In this document: piece after piece, positions 61,573-64,000 of the stretch
Position numbering within the stretch: the stretch's first letter is position 1
How the letters are laid out: every line of letters begins with the position of its first letter
Program-made: the position numbers and the translations under genes
The notes under the pieces: generated by a model
What the model was told of the DNA's origin: nothing
Databases searched by the model: none
The model's input: the letters and a program-made list of their open reading frames with translations, nothing else
Assembly (NCBI GenBank): GCA_001179505.1
Contig: CDMY01001040.1
Span: 62,001-126,000, forward strand
Direction of reading: 5' to 3'
DNA length: 64,000 bases
From: Vitrella brassicaformis CCMP3155
Lineage: Eukaryota > Protista > Chromerida

Positions 61573-61816
61573 GGATGTGTACCGGTCTGTCAGGGAGGTG
61601 AAAGACAGCATCGAGTCGGACAGGACGGCTGAAATGAAAAAGCAAACGTGATCACTGGCAGCCATCATCTTAACTCGCTTGCTGCGAGCTCGTGGGGGTG
61701 TGTGGGGGCGAGGAGACTGCGAAAGAGGTGAGTCACCGGTTCATCCGCACTCCGACGCCACGACAGTGTATCCCTCCATCCATCCAGTCATCTCCTCCAT
61801 GTGTGTGTTTCGTCAG

Positions 61817-62769
61817 ATGATGGCCGAGAGCAAGGAAGCTCGGGCGCTGCTGCCCACCGCGACTGCTGCTGGGGAGAGGGAGGGGAGGGGGGGAAGGCGG
61901 CCACGGGAGCCAGCGACCGGCGAGCGTCCGTCGCCTCGACGGCAGCTCCCCCAGGCGGCAGCTCGTCGAGCCTGCTGCTGCAGCGGACGAGGAGCCTGGC
62001 CGACATCCCCGAGGTCTTATGGGGGGAGACCTCGGGGGTGGACGTGGACGCCCACGACAGGGGCGACCCACTGCCTGAGTGGGCCAAGCGAGGTCAGGAA
62101 AGGGAAAGGAGGCAGAGAAGGCAAAGAGAGAGATGAAATAGACATGGATGGGTGATTCCGTCTTTATCAGACCTCGGGAGCTCATTCGGCATCGATGACA
62201 TGCCCGAGGAGACGGCCGAGTGATATATATATATATATGATATGCGCGGTGAGAGAGACGGGTATCTGTCTGCACACACGACGAGAGACACAGACTTGGA
62301 TGATTGACGCACGCACAAAGCCGGCTTCTTTGTTTCTACCTGTTCGATACAGACCTCGTGCGCAGCATCGGGCCCTGGCTCGACCAAGGGCTTGATGAGG
62401 AGGCAGGTAAGGAGAGCGACACTCACTGGGTGCGTGTGCTTATTCATCGCTGTGTGTATGTGTTGACTGGCTGTGTGTATGCTGTATGTGCTGCATGTAG
62501 AGCCGGCCAAGCCCCCGCCCAGAAGCACCCCCACGCCAGCCAGAGTGCTGCCCCCCCTCCGACGCACCAAGGAAGACGAAGGCATCACCTACACGACCTA
62601 TCCCCGGGAGGTCAAGACCTGGTGGCAGCGGCTTCGGCGGGCGTTGCGGGTGGGCTGTGCGTCGTGCGGCGCAAGAAAGCCGCCCCGCTCTCGCCTCCCC
62701 ACCGCAACGGTCCGCCCACAGGTCCACACAACGGACCGATGCCCCCACCTCATCAAGACTCCCTGGTGA
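61817..62769 (+). CDS. Uncharacterised spliced locus (or 3' extension of the RFT1 fragment)
   Basis: Phase-1 exons 61817-62092 (...RTRSLADIPEVLWGETSG...PEWAKR), 62353-62406 (DLVRSIGPWLDQGLDEEA) and ~62501-62769 (EPAKPPP...GITYTTYPREVKTWWQRLRRAL) join in frame. The 5' end is unresolved. Confidence 0.4.
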
Positions 62770-62799
62770 TGGGCGGGGGGTGGGATTTAGGGGGGGAGG

Positions 62800-62938
62800 G
62801 AGGGATGACGGGATGGATGGATGGAGGGAGGGAGGGAAGGAATGAAGGGATGAAGGGGGGGATGGAGGGAGGGATGGAGGGAGGGATGGAGGGAGGGATG
62901 GCGGGAGGGATGGAGGGAGGGATGGAGGGGAGGGACAG
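62800..62938. repeat. GGATGGAGGGAG-type ~12-bp minisatellite, G-rich
   Basis: Repeated ggatggagggag units between the unknown locus and the GTPase 3' end. Confidence 0.88.
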
Positions 62939-63127
62939 GGCGGGTTACTGTCCATGTGACGTGTGCCGTGGAAATACATAGCGTCTCAGACTTCATCCAT
63001 GTGTCTTGTGTCGTTGAATGAATGAAGGCCTACCTATGTCCGTCACCATCACTATCACATCGTCTGTCTCAACACACAAGGCACACACGTCAATCCAAAT
63101 GTGTCACCAATGAGTCCACCCAGCCCG

Positions 63128-64000
63128 CTACCCCTCTCCCTTCTTGACGAGCTGCCGACCGGCCGCTCGTCGGTGGTCGGAGGCGATGGCGCTGAGTGAG
63201 CAGCGCAGGTCGGCCACACCGAGGTGCTCCCTGGCTGAGACGGCGTGGACAAACGGCCAGACCAACTCGAGCGGCAGCTGCTGAAGCGCCACCACCACGC
63301 GCATCATCAGGCTGTGCAGATCCATCGGCTGCACGCACCCAAACCAACACACAACACACACACACAGAGGGAGAATATCCCCTTGTCTGTCTCTGTCCGC
63401 TGTGTTGGTGCTGTTGTCACTACTCACCTTCAGCAGGTCGACCTTTGTGAGCACCAGCTGATGGATGACGGACCGACACAGACGCCGCAGCAGATAGATG
63501 ATTAGTGGACACAAGAGCCTGTCCGTCCTCGATGTCTCCCTCGTGCCGTTCGTCTGGCCGGGCTTGCCCTCGATCACTGCCGAACAGACAGCAAGACAGT
63601 GACACAGAAGGGGAGACATGGTCACAACCTGTTGTGTTGTGACTTGTGTTGTGGCGTGCGCGACCTTCCCGCAGCACTGTCTATGTGGTTTCGGGTGCGG
63701 CTGTCGGCAGAGGGGGAGGCAGGAAGCGCGCGGCAAGAAAAGCTGCAGGGATATACATGTCTCGGAGGCGTATGCAGCGGGGGCGAGATGAGGGGCAATC
63801 TTGAAGTGCTCGTGCGCCGCACTCACACACTGGCTCTTCTCGCTATCGGTGAACTCCGGCCCAGGGGCTTTGCTGGCCAGCGTGACCACGGCAAGCTGGA
63901 AGGCCGTGAAGCTCAACTCATTGGCCTCGATCTTCCTGTCCTCCTCGTTGCCGGCCGAGACAGGGCTCCAGTATGTGCGCTGGATCGTCACCGGTGCCAG
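63128..64000 (-). CDS. 3' part of a divergent EngB/YihA-like P-loop GTPase (5' end off the window)
   Basis: Exons give LVLTKVDLLK (G4-like TKxD) and FVHAVSAREHLGVADLRCSL (G5-like VSA..G). G1 and G3 motifs are not in the window. Confidence 0.4.
   Translation of the reverse strand: MAPVTIQRTYWSPVSAGNEEDRKIEANELSFTAFQLAVVTLASKAPGPEFTDSEKSQCVSAAHEHFKIAPHLAPAAYASETCISLQLFLPRASCLPLCRQPHPKPHRQCCGKVAHATTQVTTQQVVTMSPLLCHCLAVCSAVIEGKPGQTNGTRETSRTDRLLCPLIIYLLRRLCRSVIHQLVLTKVDLLKVSSDNSTNTADRDRQGDILPLCVCVVCWFGCVQPMDLHSLMMRVVVALQQLPLELVWPFVHAVSAREHLGVADLRCSLSAIASDHRRAAGRQLVKKGEG

Noticed and set aside
1-64000. Hundreds of overlapping ORFs rich in HTHT, CVCV, DRQT, PSIH and REGG
   Set aside because: These are translations of intronic microsatellites or antisense shadows of GC-rich exons, not genes.
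1-64000. tRNA, rRNA, spliced-leader, telomeric or transposase sequences
   Set aside because: None recognised by eye; tRNAscan-SE, Infernal and RepeatModeler would be needed to exclude them.

Overview
This is GC-rich, intron-dense eukaryotic nuclear DNA. Short introns full of (AC)n/(GT)n/(CAGA)n/(TCTG)n repeats, bipartite plastid-type leaders and an alveolate-type gene set point to a chromerid such as Vitrella brassicaformis (inference, not verified). About 17 protein-coding loci or fragments lie largely in alternating orientation. In order: an EF-hand-like membrane protein (partial), a Pumilio/PUF protein, RER1, a ~1400-aa disordered protein, plastid-type dihydroxy-acid dehydratase (ilvD), an F-box-like family member, a disrupted Kelch gene, a TPR plus degenerate-SET gene, a Pro-rich protein with a possible GAS2-like domain, an ISP-like PH-fold protein, PA200/PSME4, a small signal-peptide protein, a multi-pass membrane protein, a membrane-anchored PPR protein, an orphan RFT1 3' exon, an unknown locus and an EngB-like GTPase fragment. 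The main unexplained signal is polarised, mutually complementary repeats at the two ends of many introns (AC-rich 5', GT-rich 3'), suggesting structure-assisted splicing. A frame-disrupted accessory island lies at about 21-31.5 kb. No rRNA, tRNA, CRISPR array or transposase was recognised. All gene models were assembled by eye from splice signals and the ORF track.
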